64,000 nt of DNA, from NCBI GenBank assembly GCA_044229975.1, contig JBGARZ010000002.1, forward strand, positions 960,001 through 1,024,000, in the 5' to 3' direction. Positions 48,843 through 57,885 of this stretch are shown one piece after another. The notes below the pieces were generated by a model. The model searched no databases. It worked only from the letters and a program-made list of their open reading frames with translations, and was not told the origin of the DNA. The position numbers were made by a program, and so were the translations under genes. Each line of letters begins with the position of its first letter. Within the stretch, counting starts at the first letter, position 1. The DNA is from Polyangiales bacterium (GTDB taxonomy: Bacteria > Myxococcota_A > Polyangia > Polyangiales > Ga0077539).

Positions 48843-50756
48843 ATGACAACCCTCCGATCCATCTTGTTGATCTCCCTCGTGGCCTGGTCGTGCGCGCTCG
48901 GGGGGTGCTCCAGCGACCGCCCCCCGCCGCTGGGCAATTACGTCCCCGACGGCGGCATCTACGGCTTCGACGCCGTCAACGACATCGGCCAGTCCTTCAT
49001 GGACATCATCCCGGTCGACAACCCGCCGCGCGACATCCAGGTCGCCGACGTCCCCGGCGACGTCCAGGCGGGCGCGGTCTGTCGGCTCGACAGCGACTGC
49101 GGGCGCGGGCTCGTCTGCCTCGATGGCCTCTGTGCCATCGACGAATGCATGGGGGAATCCAACCCCTGCAACCCCCTCACGGAGCGCTGCGTGATGCGCT
49201 GCGTGGCCACGACCGATCGCTGCGCGGGCCGGACGTGCGGGGCGACCCAGACCTGCCTCAATGGTCGATGCGAGGAGGGCTGCTTCCCGCCGACCTGCTC
49301 GGGGGTCGCGTGCCCGGCGGGTCAGTTCTGCGACGACCGCACGGGCGCTTGCGCTCCCATCGCGTCGTGCGGCGGCCGCTGCGAGACCGGCGGCGCCTGC
49401 CACTTCCAGTGCGTGCCCCGCTCGGCGTGCGACGGCGTGATCTGCGGGATGGGCCAGTCCTGTTCGAACGGCGTGTGCATGGACAACCCCTGCGCGTCGA
49501 TCAGCTGTGGCATCGGGTCGGTCTGCGTCAACGGGATGTGCATCAGCACATGCAACTGCGACCCGCCGTGCACCCGCTCGCCGCGTGACCGCTGCATCGT
49601 CGGCCAGTGCATCTGCGAGCGCCGGTGCGCGGGCGCCATGTGCGGCGCCGACGACGGCTGCGGCGGGCGCTGCGCCGGGCCCTGCCCCACGACCTTCGAG
49701 TTCTGCGACACCACGTCCAACACGTGCGTGTGCATGCCGCGCTGCCCGGCGACGGCGCCCTGCGGGTCGAGCGACGGGTGCGGCGGGCGCTGCGACAGCG
49801 GCTGCGGCAACGGCGAGCGCTGCGACGTCCCGACGGGTCGCTGCCTCTGCACGCCGCACTGCCCGCCCGCGGAGATGGTCGCGGACTACCCGTGTGGAGT
49901 GACCATTCCCAACCTGTGCATGGGCGAGGCGGCGTGCGGCACCGGCACGGGATGCACCACCGGGCGCCACTGCTCGGCCGAGATGCGCTGCGTGGCCGAC
50001 GACCCGGATGACGGCGGCGCCGACGACGCCGGCGGCGGAGGCGACGGCGGCGACGGCGGTGGCGGCTGCCCGAGCGGCCGAACGATGTGCGAGGACGGTT
50101 GCTACAACCTCCAGACCAACAACAACCGCTGCGGCGCCTGCGACAACCGCTGCCCCTCCGACAGCACCTGCGTGGCGGGCGTGTGCACCTGCCCGACGGG
50201 GCTCACCCTCTGCAACGGGCGCTGCGTCAACCTCCGCGGCGACCAGAGCCACTGCGGCGCGTGCAACTCGCCGTGCGGTGATCTCAGCTCGTGCACCGAT
50301 GGGGTGTGTCGGTGCGTTCCGCACTGCGAGACGGACGCGAGCAACGTGGCGTGCGGCACGCCGGTGCCCAACGCCTGCGCGGGCGGGCCCGCGTGCGGTG
50401 TCGGTCGCCAGTGCCCGACCGGAACGCTGTGCAACGTGCTCACGGGCACCTGCAACTGCGTGCCGTTCTGCCCGCCGGGCGTGGCGTGCGGCATCGCCGA
50501 CGGCTGCGGCGGCTCGTGCCGCGGGACGTGCACCGGCAGCGCGGCCTGCGCGGCCGACCCGATGGATCCGACGCGATACAGCTGCGCCGAGGCGGGCTGC
50601 GTGGGCGGCTGCCGCTGCAACGAGGACTGCAACACGGCGACCAATCGCTGCGCGGCGCGAACCTGCTCCAACGGGACGAGCCCGTGCCCGTGCAACTGCT
50701 GCCCGGTCGGCTTCATGTGCGTTGCCGGAACGGTCTGCGCGCCGATTCCGCCGTGA
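48843..50756 (+). CDS. Large Cys-rich lipoprotein with Stig1/MXAN_6577-like modules
   Basis: Lipobox LGGC; DGCGG.C modules; NLQTNNNRCGAC and NLRGDQSHCGAC units. Confidence 0.8.
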   Translation: MTTLRSILLISLVAWSCALGGCSSDRPPPLGNYVPDGGIYGFDAVNDIGQSFMDIIPVDNPPRDIQVADVPGDVQAGAVCRLDSDCGRGLVCLDGLCAIDECMGESNPCNPLTERCVMRCVATTDRCAGRTCGATQTCLNGRCEEGCFPPTCSGVACPAGQFCDDRTGACAPIASCGGRCETGGACHFQCVPRSACDGVICGMGQSCSNGVCMDNPCASISCGIGSVCVNGMCISTCNCDPPCTRSPRDRCIVGQCICERRCAGAMCGADDGCGGRCAGPCPTTFEFCDTTSNTCVCMPRCPATAPCGSSDGCGGRCDSGCGNGERCDVPTGRCLCTPHCPPAEMVADYPCGVTIPNLCMGEAACGTGTGCTTGRHCSAEMRCVADDPDDGGADDAGGGGDGGDGGGGCPSGRTMCEDGCYNLQTNNNRCGACDNRCPSDSTCVAGVCTCPTGLTLCNGRCVNLRGDQSHCGACNSPCGDLSSCTDGVCRCVPHCETDASNVACGTPVPNACAGGPACGVGRQCPTGTLCNVLTGTCNCVPFCPPGVACGIADGCGGSCRGTCTGSAACAADPMDPTRYSCAEAGCVGGCRCNEDCNTATNRCAARTCSNGTSPCPCNCCPVGFMCVAGTVCAPIPP

Positions 50757-50785
50757 CCTCCGGCTGAGGGGAGTCACAGGGGAAG

Positions 50786-50819
50786 GAGCCCTCCGCGCGA
50801 TTGGGCGGAGGGCTCTTTT
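50786..50819 (+). terminator. Rho-independent terminator
   Basis: GAGCCCTCCGC-N8-GCGGAGGGCTC followed by TTTT, 30 nt after the 50756 stop. Confidence 0.8.
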
Positions 50820-50849
50820 GTTGGGGGAATGGGAGGGGTGGGGCGGGGT

Positions 50850-53354
50850 CTACGGGTGGACGTAGACGTAGAGGAAGCGGTCGCCGGACAGGCCCTGGCC
50901 GAAGCAGTTGGACGCCTCCCACGAGCAACTGTTGTTGATCGTGATGTTGGTCGAGGTCTCGGTGCAGCCGTTGCCACCGTTCCACCACGAGGTGCCGCTG
51001 TTGGGGTTCATCGACGACGCGTAGATGACGTTGTCGGTGCCGGTGAAGTTCTGGCCGATGATGAGGCCGGTCTCGGGGTAGCTGACGAGCGGCGTGGCGA
51101 AGATGTTCCTCGACACGTCGATGTAGCGGACGGCGCTGGCGCTCGCGCCGCACGCGACGCGGAGCTGGCGATACCCGGTGCCGATGCACGCGGTCGCCCA
51201 GCCGCTGTCGGGGATGTCCTCCACCCCAGAGCGGTCGAGGTAGCCCACGCACTGCACCCAGCCGGCGCTGGAGTAGTCCGGGCCGAGCTGTCCGGAGAAG
51301 CCCGGCACCGTGCGGGTGCTGGAGCACGATCCAAACGAGCACGACAGGCCGGTGGCGCAGGCGGTGCCGCAGGCGCCGCAGTTGGAGGTGCTGCTCGACA
51401 AGTTGGTCTCGCAGCCGTTGCTCGCGACGCCGTCACAGTTGGCGAAGCCCGTGGTGCAGGTGAACCCGCACGCGCTCGCGCTGCACGTCGCCGTCGCGTT
51501 GGCGCGCGTCGGACACACGGTGCCGCAGGCGCCGCAATTGGCGAGGTCGTTCGTCAGGTTGCGGCAGGAGCCCGAGCAGTTGTTGAGCCCGCTCGCGCAG
51601 GTGACCACACACGCGCCCGCCGAGCACACCTGGCCGCCGGCGCACACCACGCCGCAGCCACCGCAGTTGCGCGGGTCGTTCTGCGCGTCGACGCAGGCGC
51701 CGCTGCACAGCCGCAGAGAGCCCGTGCACGCGCAGGCCCCCGAGACGCACGCCCGATCGGCGGCGCAGACGACGCCGCAGCCGCCGCAGTTGGCGCGGTC
51801 GACGGAGGTGTCGCGGCACACGCCGCCGCAGGTGGTCAGCCCGCTGGGGCAGCTCACCACGCAGGCGCCCGCCGTGCAGACCTCGCCCGCGTTGCAGCTC
51901 CGGGTGCAGCTCCCGCAGTGGTCGCGGTCGGTCTGGAGGTTCCAGCAGGCGCCCGAGCAGACGGTCTGACCGACCGGGCACGAGGTCACGCAGGCGCTCG
52001 CCACGCAGATCTGCCCCGAGGCGCAGAGCATCCCGCAGCCGCCGCAGTGGGCGCGGTCGTCGGTGGTGTCCCGGCACGAGCCCGAGCAGTCGGTGAGGCC
52101 GGTGCCGCACGAGGTCACGCACGCGCCCGCCGAGCACACCTGCCCGGCGCCGCACGCGCTGCCGCAGGTCCCGCAGTTGGAGCGGTCGCTCTGGAGGTCG
52201 CGGCACGAGCCGCCGCACTCCGTCTGCCCCGCCGCGCAGGACGTGACGCACATGCCCGCAGAGCACACCTGCCCCGGCATGCACGACCGACCGCACACGC
52301 CGCAGTGGGCGCGATCGCTCTGGAGGTCGCGGCACGAGCCCGTGCAGTCGGTGAGCCCGCTGCCGCACGAGGTGGTGCACACGCTGCCCGAGCACACCTG
52401 ACCGGCGCCGCACGCGCTGCCGCACGCGCCGCAGTTGGCGCGGTCGCTCGCGAGGTCGCGGCAGGAGCCGTCGCAGTTGACCTGGCCCACGGGGCACGAG
52501 GTCACGCACACCCCGGCGGTGCACACCTGACCGGGCATGCACGACGTCCCGCAGGCGCCGCAGTTGGCGCGGTCGCCCTGGAGGTCGCGGCACGAGCCCG
52601 AGCAGTCGCTGAGGCCCATGGTGCACGAGGTCTGGCAGCTCCCGGTCATGCACACCTGGCCGGCGCCGCACACGCTGCCGCAGGCGCCGCAGTTGTTGCG
52701 GTCCTGCTGGAGGTTGGCGCAGTAGCCGGTGCCCGCGTCCATGCCCGTCGCCGCGCACGCGGTGAAGCCCGTCGCGCAGCTCGTCACGCAGCGGCTCGCC
52801 TCGCAGGACTCGCCCGGCTGACACGCGGTGCCGCACGCGCCGCAGTTGCGGTTGTCGCGCGTGAGGTCGGCGCAGGCGCGAACGCCCCCGTTCGTGCAGG
52901 TGGTGAGCCCGACGGAGCAGTTCGTCTGACACGTCCCCGCGGAGCAGACCTCACCCGGCGCGCAGCGGGTGCCACACGCGCCACAGTTGTTGTTGTCCGT
53001 CGCGACGATCACGCACTGCTCGGCGCCGCCGTCCGCGCCGCCCTCGCGGCAGGTGCTCTGGCCCGTCGGGCACACCACGCGACACGCGCCTTCGCGGCAC
53101 TGGGCGCCCGCGGTGCAGGCCACGCCGCAGCCGCCGCAGTTGGCGTTGTCCGACTGGGTCGAGATGCAGAGGTTGCCGCACACCGTCTGCATCGGGCCGC
53201 ACATCGGAACCCGATCGACCGGCACATCGATGGCCGGGACATCGACCCCGGCGTCGACGTTGCCGCTGACGACGGGGTCGCCGGTACAGCCCGCCAGCGC
53301 GCTCGCCACCGCGCAGGCTGCGGTCGTTGTTCGTATCGCTCTCCACCAATTCAT
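50850..53354 (-). CDS. Lipoprotein with 14 tandem Stig1/MXAN_6577-like Cys-rich repeats and a C-terminal globular domain
   Basis: Lipobox LAGC; GAGGAG RBS; repeats C..G...C.G.C.DL..D..(N/H)CG.CG..C..GQVC..G.C. Confidence 0.88.
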   Translation of the reverse strand: MNWWRAIRTTTAACAVASALAGCTGDPVVSGNVDAGVDVPAIDVPVDRVPMCGPMQTVCGNLCISTQSDNANCGGCGVACTAGAQCREGACRVVCPTGQSTCREGGADGGAEQCVIVATDNNNCGACGTRCAPGEVCSAGTCQTNCSVGLTTCTNGGVRACADLTRDNRNCGACGTACQPGESCEASRCVTSCATGFTACAATGMDAGTGYCANLQQDRNNCGACGSVCGAGQVCMTGSCQTSCTMGLSDCSGSCRDLQGDRANCGACGTSCMPGQVCTAGVCVTSCPVGQVNCDGSCRDLASDRANCGACGSACGAGQVCSGSVCTTSCGSGLTDCTGSCRDLQSDRAHCGVCGRSCMPGQVCSAGMCVTSCAAGQTECGGSCRDLQSDRSNCGTCGSACGAGQVCSAGACVTSCGTGLTDCSGSCRDTTDDRAHCGGCGMLCASGQICVASACVTSCPVGQTVCSGACWNLQTDRDHCGSCTRSCNAGEVCTAGACVVSCPSGLTTCGGVCRDTSVDRANCGGCGVVCAADRACVSGACACTGSLRLCSGACVDAQNDPRNCGGCGVVCAGGQVCSAGACVVTCASGLNNCSGSCRNLTNDLANCGACGTVCPTRANATATCSASACGFTCTTGFANCDGVASNGCETNLSSSTSNCGACGTACATGLSCSFGSCSSTRTVPGFSGQLGPDYSSAGWVQCVGYLDRSGVEDIPDSGWATACIGTGYRQLRVACGASASAVRYIDVSRNIFATPLVSYPETGLIIGQNFTGTDNVIYASSMNPNSGTSWWNGGNGCTETSTNITINNSCSWEASNCFGQGLSGDRFLYVYVHP
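51324..53201 (-). repeat. Intragenic tandem repeat, 14 units of ~43 aa (~129 bp)
   Basis: Counted from the translation, CGPMQ.. to ..SFGSC; 8 Cys per unit. Confidence 0.88.
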
Positions 53355-53453
53355 GGACGTATCTCCTCCTCAGCCGCCACCGCGGCGGCTGACCGTTCAC
53401 CACGGGAGGGGATGGTCGCACCGCAACGGGGCGCGAGATAGAGCCGACGCTCG

Positions 53454-55190
53454 TTACATGCTCGGGTCGAGGGCCGGTGCGTCCGAGGCGATGGCCACGC
53501 AGTCGATCTGCGCCCTCCCTCCGCTCGGCACGCTGTCGCCCTCGCTGAACGCGATGCGCTGCACGCACGAGGGGTTCGCCGGGTCGGGCCGCGTGTCGTA
53601 GTAGAAGCCGTGCGCGCCCGCGGGCGGCGCCTGCCCCATGACCACGGCGATCTGGTCGACGAGGCACACCTCGCGTCCGTCGGTGGTGCGCTCGCTCACG
53701 CGTCGACCGCGGGTGGGGTCGCAGCGCAGCCCGGCGGGCAGCGTCTCGCGCACGACGCACGACACCCTCACGCTCTCCCCGGCAGAGGGCGCCGCGGGCA
53801 CGGTGGGCAGTCGCCGCGGGAGGCACCTGCCCTCCAGCGAGCGGCCGATGCGGTCGACGATCTGCCGCAGCGCCGGGGCGTAGTCGTTGGCGCAGATGGA
53901 CGCCACGGTGCCCGTCCCGTGGGCGCGATCGAAGCGGCGCGCGACCTCGGCGATGCGCCGCGACGGCCACGCGTAGGCGGGTCCCTGGTTGGAGCAGCTC
54001 GCACTGCTCGGGTCGAAGCGAGAGCCCTCCTGGCGACACGCCGGAACCATGTTGTGCAGCGGGCACGTGGGCTCGCGGCGGTTGGGGCGCATGGTGAAGG
54101 CCCCTTCGGCGGCGGTGCCTTCGATGGCGTCGCTGCCGTCGGCGCGCGCTCCGAGGAGGCGGTCCCAGTCCACCTGCCCGGCGTTGGTCGGAACCTGCAA
54201 CGGCACGCCCACGATGCCCGCGAACACTACGCGCTCGGGGTGACCGGGCTTGAGCGAGGTGAAGCCGCGGCTCGCGTTGCGCGGGTCGAAGTAGCGGTCG
54301 AGGGGCCAGGTCGGGTCCTGCGACGAGCCGGGTGTGTACGCGTACATGCGGAGGTTGAGGTCGTCGTCGTCGCCCCAGCCGACGGCCGCGAGGTCGTAGA
54401 CGGACAGCGCGTCGGTGCACGGCTGCCCCGCCTCGGCGTAGCGACAGTCGCGCACCGAGCCGTCCTCCTCGTCGCTGATGACCACGATGCCGAGGACGGC
54501 GTTGGGTCGAACAAAGCCCGCGTTGGGGTCGGTGTTGCCCGCCTGCTCGCGCGGGTTGTGCACCACGAGCGCTCGGTAGGCCGATTCGAGCTGTTGCTCC
54601 AGGCCGCAGCCGCCGGTGAAGAGGTAGGCGTTGCAGACGAAGTCCTCGCTGAAGGCCGCCGGGTCGGACGACTCCGCGTCGAACTGGAGGAAGGTCGGGT
54701 ACTGGTTGGGGTTGGCGGTGCAGCGCGCGGGTCGTGCGCCCGCAGGAATCCCCGCCGCCGCCGCGGGGCGATGGACGGCCATCGCGCGACCGCTGCGAAT
54801 CGGGTTGAGCAGCCCGTCGTCGCCGACATCGGGGCTCACGTTGCAGGTGCCGATGTTGGCGCCGGGCGTTCCGAGGTCGGACGACACGACGGCGACGTGG
54901 AGGCTGCGCGCGGGCGGGTGCGCGGGGCGATTGGTACCGGCCACGATGGGCGGGGCGACGAGCTCATCGATGAGCACGCGAAACTGCGCGCCCAGGCGCT
55001 GCTGGTAGGCGCTCATCGAGTTGGAGTTGTCGACGACGAAGAGCAGGTCGACGCTGTCGACGCCGTCGTTGGCGACCTCCGAGGTGAAGCTGGCGTTGAG
55101 GCGCTCCAGGGGCTGAGCGCTCGGGCGTTCGAGGCAGGCCGTGAGCAGGGCCAACAGACCGACGGGCCAACGGGGAAGAAATGGGGTCAT
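53454..55190 (-). CDS. VWA-like lipoprotein of myxobacterial type
   Basis: Lipobox LTAC; MIDAS-like DLLFVVDNSNSM, GCGLEQQLES, NAGFVR, ISDEEDGS; AGGAGG RBS before ATG 55190. Confidence 0.78.
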   Translation of the reverse strand: MTPFLPRWPVGLLALLTACLERPSAQPLERLNASFTSEVANDGVDSVDLLFVVDNSNSMSAYQQRLGAQFRVLIDELVAPPIVAGTNRPAHPPARSLHVAVVSSDLGTPGANIGTCNVSPDVGDDGLLNPIRSGRAMAVHRPAAAAGIPAGARPARCTANPNQYPTFLQFDAESSDPAAFSEDFVCNAYLFTGGCGLEQQLESAYRALVVHNPREQAGNTDPNAGFVRPNAVLGIVVISDEEDGSVRDCRYAEAGQPCTDALSVYDLAAVGWGDDDDLNLRMYAYTPGSSQDPTWPLDRYFDPRNASRGFTSLKPGHPERVVFAGIVGVPLQVPTNAGQVDWDRLLGARADGSDAIEGTAAEGAFTMRPNRREPTCPLHNMVPACRQEGSRFDPSSASCSNQGPAYAWPSRRIAEVARRFDRAHGTGTVASICANDYAPALRQIVDRIGRSLEGRCLPRRLPTVPAAPSAGESVRVSCVVRETLPAGLRCDPTRGRRVSERTTDGREVCLVDQIAVVMGQAPPAGAHGFYYDTRPDPANPSCVQRIAFSEGDSVPSGGRAQIDCVAIASDAPALDPSM

Positions 55191-55374
55191 ACGGTGAGCC
55201 TCCTGGTGGGGAGACTCAGCAACGGAGGGGCCATCGCAGCGTGCGCGATGGCTTGTGTGGCAGGCGCATCCGTGACCGCCACCGTCAGTTGGCGACCAGA
55301 GGGCGACTGCAACCCCAGTCGAGCCGAAGCGGCTCATCTGGTGGGCGGGGCTGGTTGGCGCTACTCCTTGGAGG

Positions 55375-55596
55375 ATGCGAAGCGCGACCATGTTGATCGA
55401 GGGGATGACCTGCGGCGGGTGCGTGGTGTCGGTGCGGCGGGTGCTGGAGCGGGTGCCCGGCGTGAGCGACCTATTGGTGGAGGTCGGCGAGGCGCGCATG
55501 AAGGTCGACGACGCGGTGGTGACCGAAGAGGCGCTGCGGCAGACGGTCGAGCGCGCGGGCTTCGAGGTCGACGAGTTCGTGTGGGCGGCGGGCTGA
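55375..55596 (+). CDS. Heavy-metal-associated (CopZ-like) chaperone
   Basis: IEGMTCGGCV...AGF HMA motif. Confidence 0.88.
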   Translation: MRSATMLIEGMTCGGCVVSVRRVLERVPGVSDLLVEVGEARMKVDDAVVTEEALRQTVERAGFEVDEFVWAAG

Positions 55597-55645
55597 TCGC
55601 GGCCTTGCGCCTGAGGCCCAGACGGGCTGACAACAGCAGATCCCG

Positions 55646-57763
55646 ATGGACACCTCGCGCAAGCCCAACGCGCTCGTCACCGAGCGCTCGCCGTACCTGC
55701 TCCAGCACGCGCACAACCCCGTGGCCTGGGAGCCCTGGGGTGACGCCGCGTTTGCGCGGGCCCAGGCCGAAGGCAAGCCGGTGTTTCTCTCCATCGGGTA
55801 CTCGGCCTGCCACTGGTGTCACGTCATGGAGCGCGAGAGCTTCGAGGACGAGGCGACGGCCGCCCTCCTCAACGAGCGCTTCGTCTCCATCAAGGTCGAC
55901 CGCGAAGAGCGCCCCGACGTCGATCAGGTCTATCAGCTCGCCCATCAGGTGGTGTCGCAGCGGGGCGGCGGTTGGCCGCTGTCGATGTTTCTCACGCCCG
56001 ACCGCCGACCCTTCTTCGGCGGAACGTATTTCCCTCCCGCGCCCCGCCACGGCATGCCCTCCTTTCGCGAGGTGCTCACGCTCATGTCCGCGGCGTGGAC
56101 CGACCGTCGCGACGAGGTCTTCGAGCAGGCCGCCGAGCTCGTCGCCACCCTCACCCGCGTCACCCGCACGGCCCCCGCCGCGAGCGACGTCATCCCCGCG
56201 GACGTTCTCTCTCGCGCCGTCGCGAAGCTCCTCCCGCGCGCCGATCGCCGCTACGGCGGCTTCGGCGGCGCGCCGAAGTTTCCCAACACCATGACCCACG
56301 ACGTGCTGCTCGTGGGCGCCGCGGTCGACGTCGACGGCGTCGGCACCCACTGCTCCGACGTGACGCTCCTCACGCTCCAGCGCATGCGCGAGGGCGGCAT
56401 CTGGGACCACCTCGGCGGAGGTTTCGCCCGCTACTCCACCGACTCCGAGTGGAAGGTCCCCCACTTCGAGAAGATGCTCTACGACAACGCCCAGCTCCTG
56501 CGCCTCGCGGTCGACGCCGCGGGCCTCGTCCACGCCCAGGAGGGCGACGATCGCAGGCGACAGGCGCTGCTCTCCGTCGCGAAGGACATCCGCACGTACC
56601 TGCTCCGCGAGATGCGCTCCCCGGAGGGCTTCTTCTACTCGGCGCAGGACGCCGACAGCGAAGGCGAGGAGGGGCGCTTCTTCGTGTGGACGCCCGCGGA
56701 GATCGAGGCCGCCGTCGGACCGGTGGACGCCGCTTCGTTCTGCGCGGTGTTCGACGTGAGCGCGCAGGGCAACTTCGAGCACGGCCGTTCGGTGCTGTGG
56801 ACCCCACGGCCGCTCGACAAGGTCGGCGTCGCGTTGGGACGCACCGTGACCGAGCTGGAGGAGGTGGTCGCCCGCTGCCGCCCGAAGCTGCTCGCCGCGC
56901 GCGAGACCCGCCCCCACCCGATGCGCGACGACAAGTGCCTCGCCTCCTGGAACGGCCTCACCCTCGGCGCCCTCGCCCACCTCGGCGCCACGCTCAACGA
57001 GCCCGCCGCCGTAGACCTCGCCCGCGACGGCCTCTTTGCGTGGCGCGACCTCGCCATGCCCAACGGCACGCTCGCCCACGCCGTGAAGGACGGCATCGCC
57101 TATGGCACGGCATTCCTCGACGACCACGCCGCGCTCGCCAACGCCGCCGTCGATGTCTTCGAGGCCACCTTCGACCCGGCCGCGATCACCCTCGCGCGCA
57201 CGCTCCTCGACGCCGTGCTCGCACGCTTCGTCGACGCCGACACCGGCGCGCTGTGCTTCTCCCCCGTCGACGCCGAGGTGGTGCTCTACCGCGCCAACGA
57301 CGCCTACGACCACGCCTACCCTGGCGGCGTCGGGCTCGCGCTCGAAGCCCTCCTGCGCGTCGCGACGCTCACCGGCCACGCGCCCTACCGCTCCGTCGCC
57401 GAGCGCGCCCTCGCACTCTACGCCGCATCCGCGAGAGACAACCCTCTCGCCATGGGAACGGTGCTGCGCGCCGCCGACCGCGCGACCCGCGGCGCCGTCG
57501 AGGTGATCGTCGTAGGCGACCCCGCGCGCGAAGACACGCGGGCGCTGCTCTCGGTGGCGCGATCGTTCTTCGTGCCGCACCGCACGCTGGTGTGCGCGCC
57601 CGACGAGGCGACCGCCATGGCGATGGGCATCGACCCCGAGCTGCTGCGCGGTCGAAGCACCGGCGCGAACGGAGCGCCCATGGCCTATGTGTGCCGCGGC
57701 ACGACCTGCCAGTCGCCGGTCGGTGACGCCGCGGGGCTCACCGCGACGCTGCGCCGGGCGTAG
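55646..57763 (+). CDS. YyaL-like thioredoxin + alpha/alpha-barrel protein
   Basis: [53 protein letters not shown]. Confidence 0.92.
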   Translation: MDTSRKPNALVTERSPYLLQHAHNPVAWEPWGDAAFARAQAEGKPVFLSIGYSACHWCHVMERESFEDEATAALLNERFVSIKVDREERPDVDQVYQLAHQVVSQRGGGWPLSMFLTPDRRPFFGGTYFPPAPRHGMPSFREVLTLMSAAWTDRRDEVFEQAAELVATLTRVTRTAPAASDVIPADVLSRAVAKLLPRADRRYGGFGGAPKFPNTMTHDVLLVGAAVDVDGVGTHCSDVTLLTLQRMREGGIWDHLGGGFARYSTDSEWKVPHFEKMLYDNAQLLRLAVDAAGLVHAQEGDDRRRQALLSVAKDIRTYLLREMRSPEGFFYSAQDADSEGEEGRFFVWTPAEIEAAVGPVDAASFCAVFDVSAQGNFEHGRSVLWTPRPLDKVGVALGRTVTELEEVVARCRPKLLAARETRPHPMRDDKCLASWNGLTLGALAHLGATLNEPAAVDLARDGLFAWRDLAMPNGTLAHAVKDGIAYGTAFLDDHAALANAAVDVFEATFDPAAITLARTLLDAVLARFVDADTGALCFSPVDAEVVLYRANDAYDHAYPGGVGLALEALLRVATLTGHAPYRSVAERALALYAASARDNPLAMGTVLRAADRATRGAVEVIVVGDPAREDTRALLSVARSFFVPHRTLVCAPDEATAMAMGIDPELLRGRSTGANGAPMAYVCRGTTCQSPVGDAAGLTATLRRA

Positions 57764-57885
57764 GCCCGCAACCGCGGCAAAACGAGGGGAAACGCGGGCT
57801 CGCGCGGGCTATGGCCTCGCTGTGGGAATGCGTCTATCTTCCGCCGCCCCGTACGACCCGTAGCGAAGGGGATGGAGATTCATCG

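Noticed and set aside
46776..50777. 1333-aa minus-strand ORF as one giant protein
   Set aside because: The upstream ~690 codons are the antisense shadow of the Cys-rich gene at 48843-50756; the real protein starts at ATG 48701 with a lipoprotein signal.
51324..53201. Possible CRISPR or DGR template/variable repeat
   Set aside because: In-frame coding repeats with conserved Cys; no reverse transcriptase in the window and no adenine-specific mismatch pattern noticed.
32169..56294. Many long alternative-frame ORFs (for example 32169-34835, 38287-40371, 41259-43916, 50829-53441, 53610-56294)
   Set aside because: Arg/Ala/Gly/Pro-rich shadows of motif-bearing genes, expected from stop-codon scarcity at high GC.
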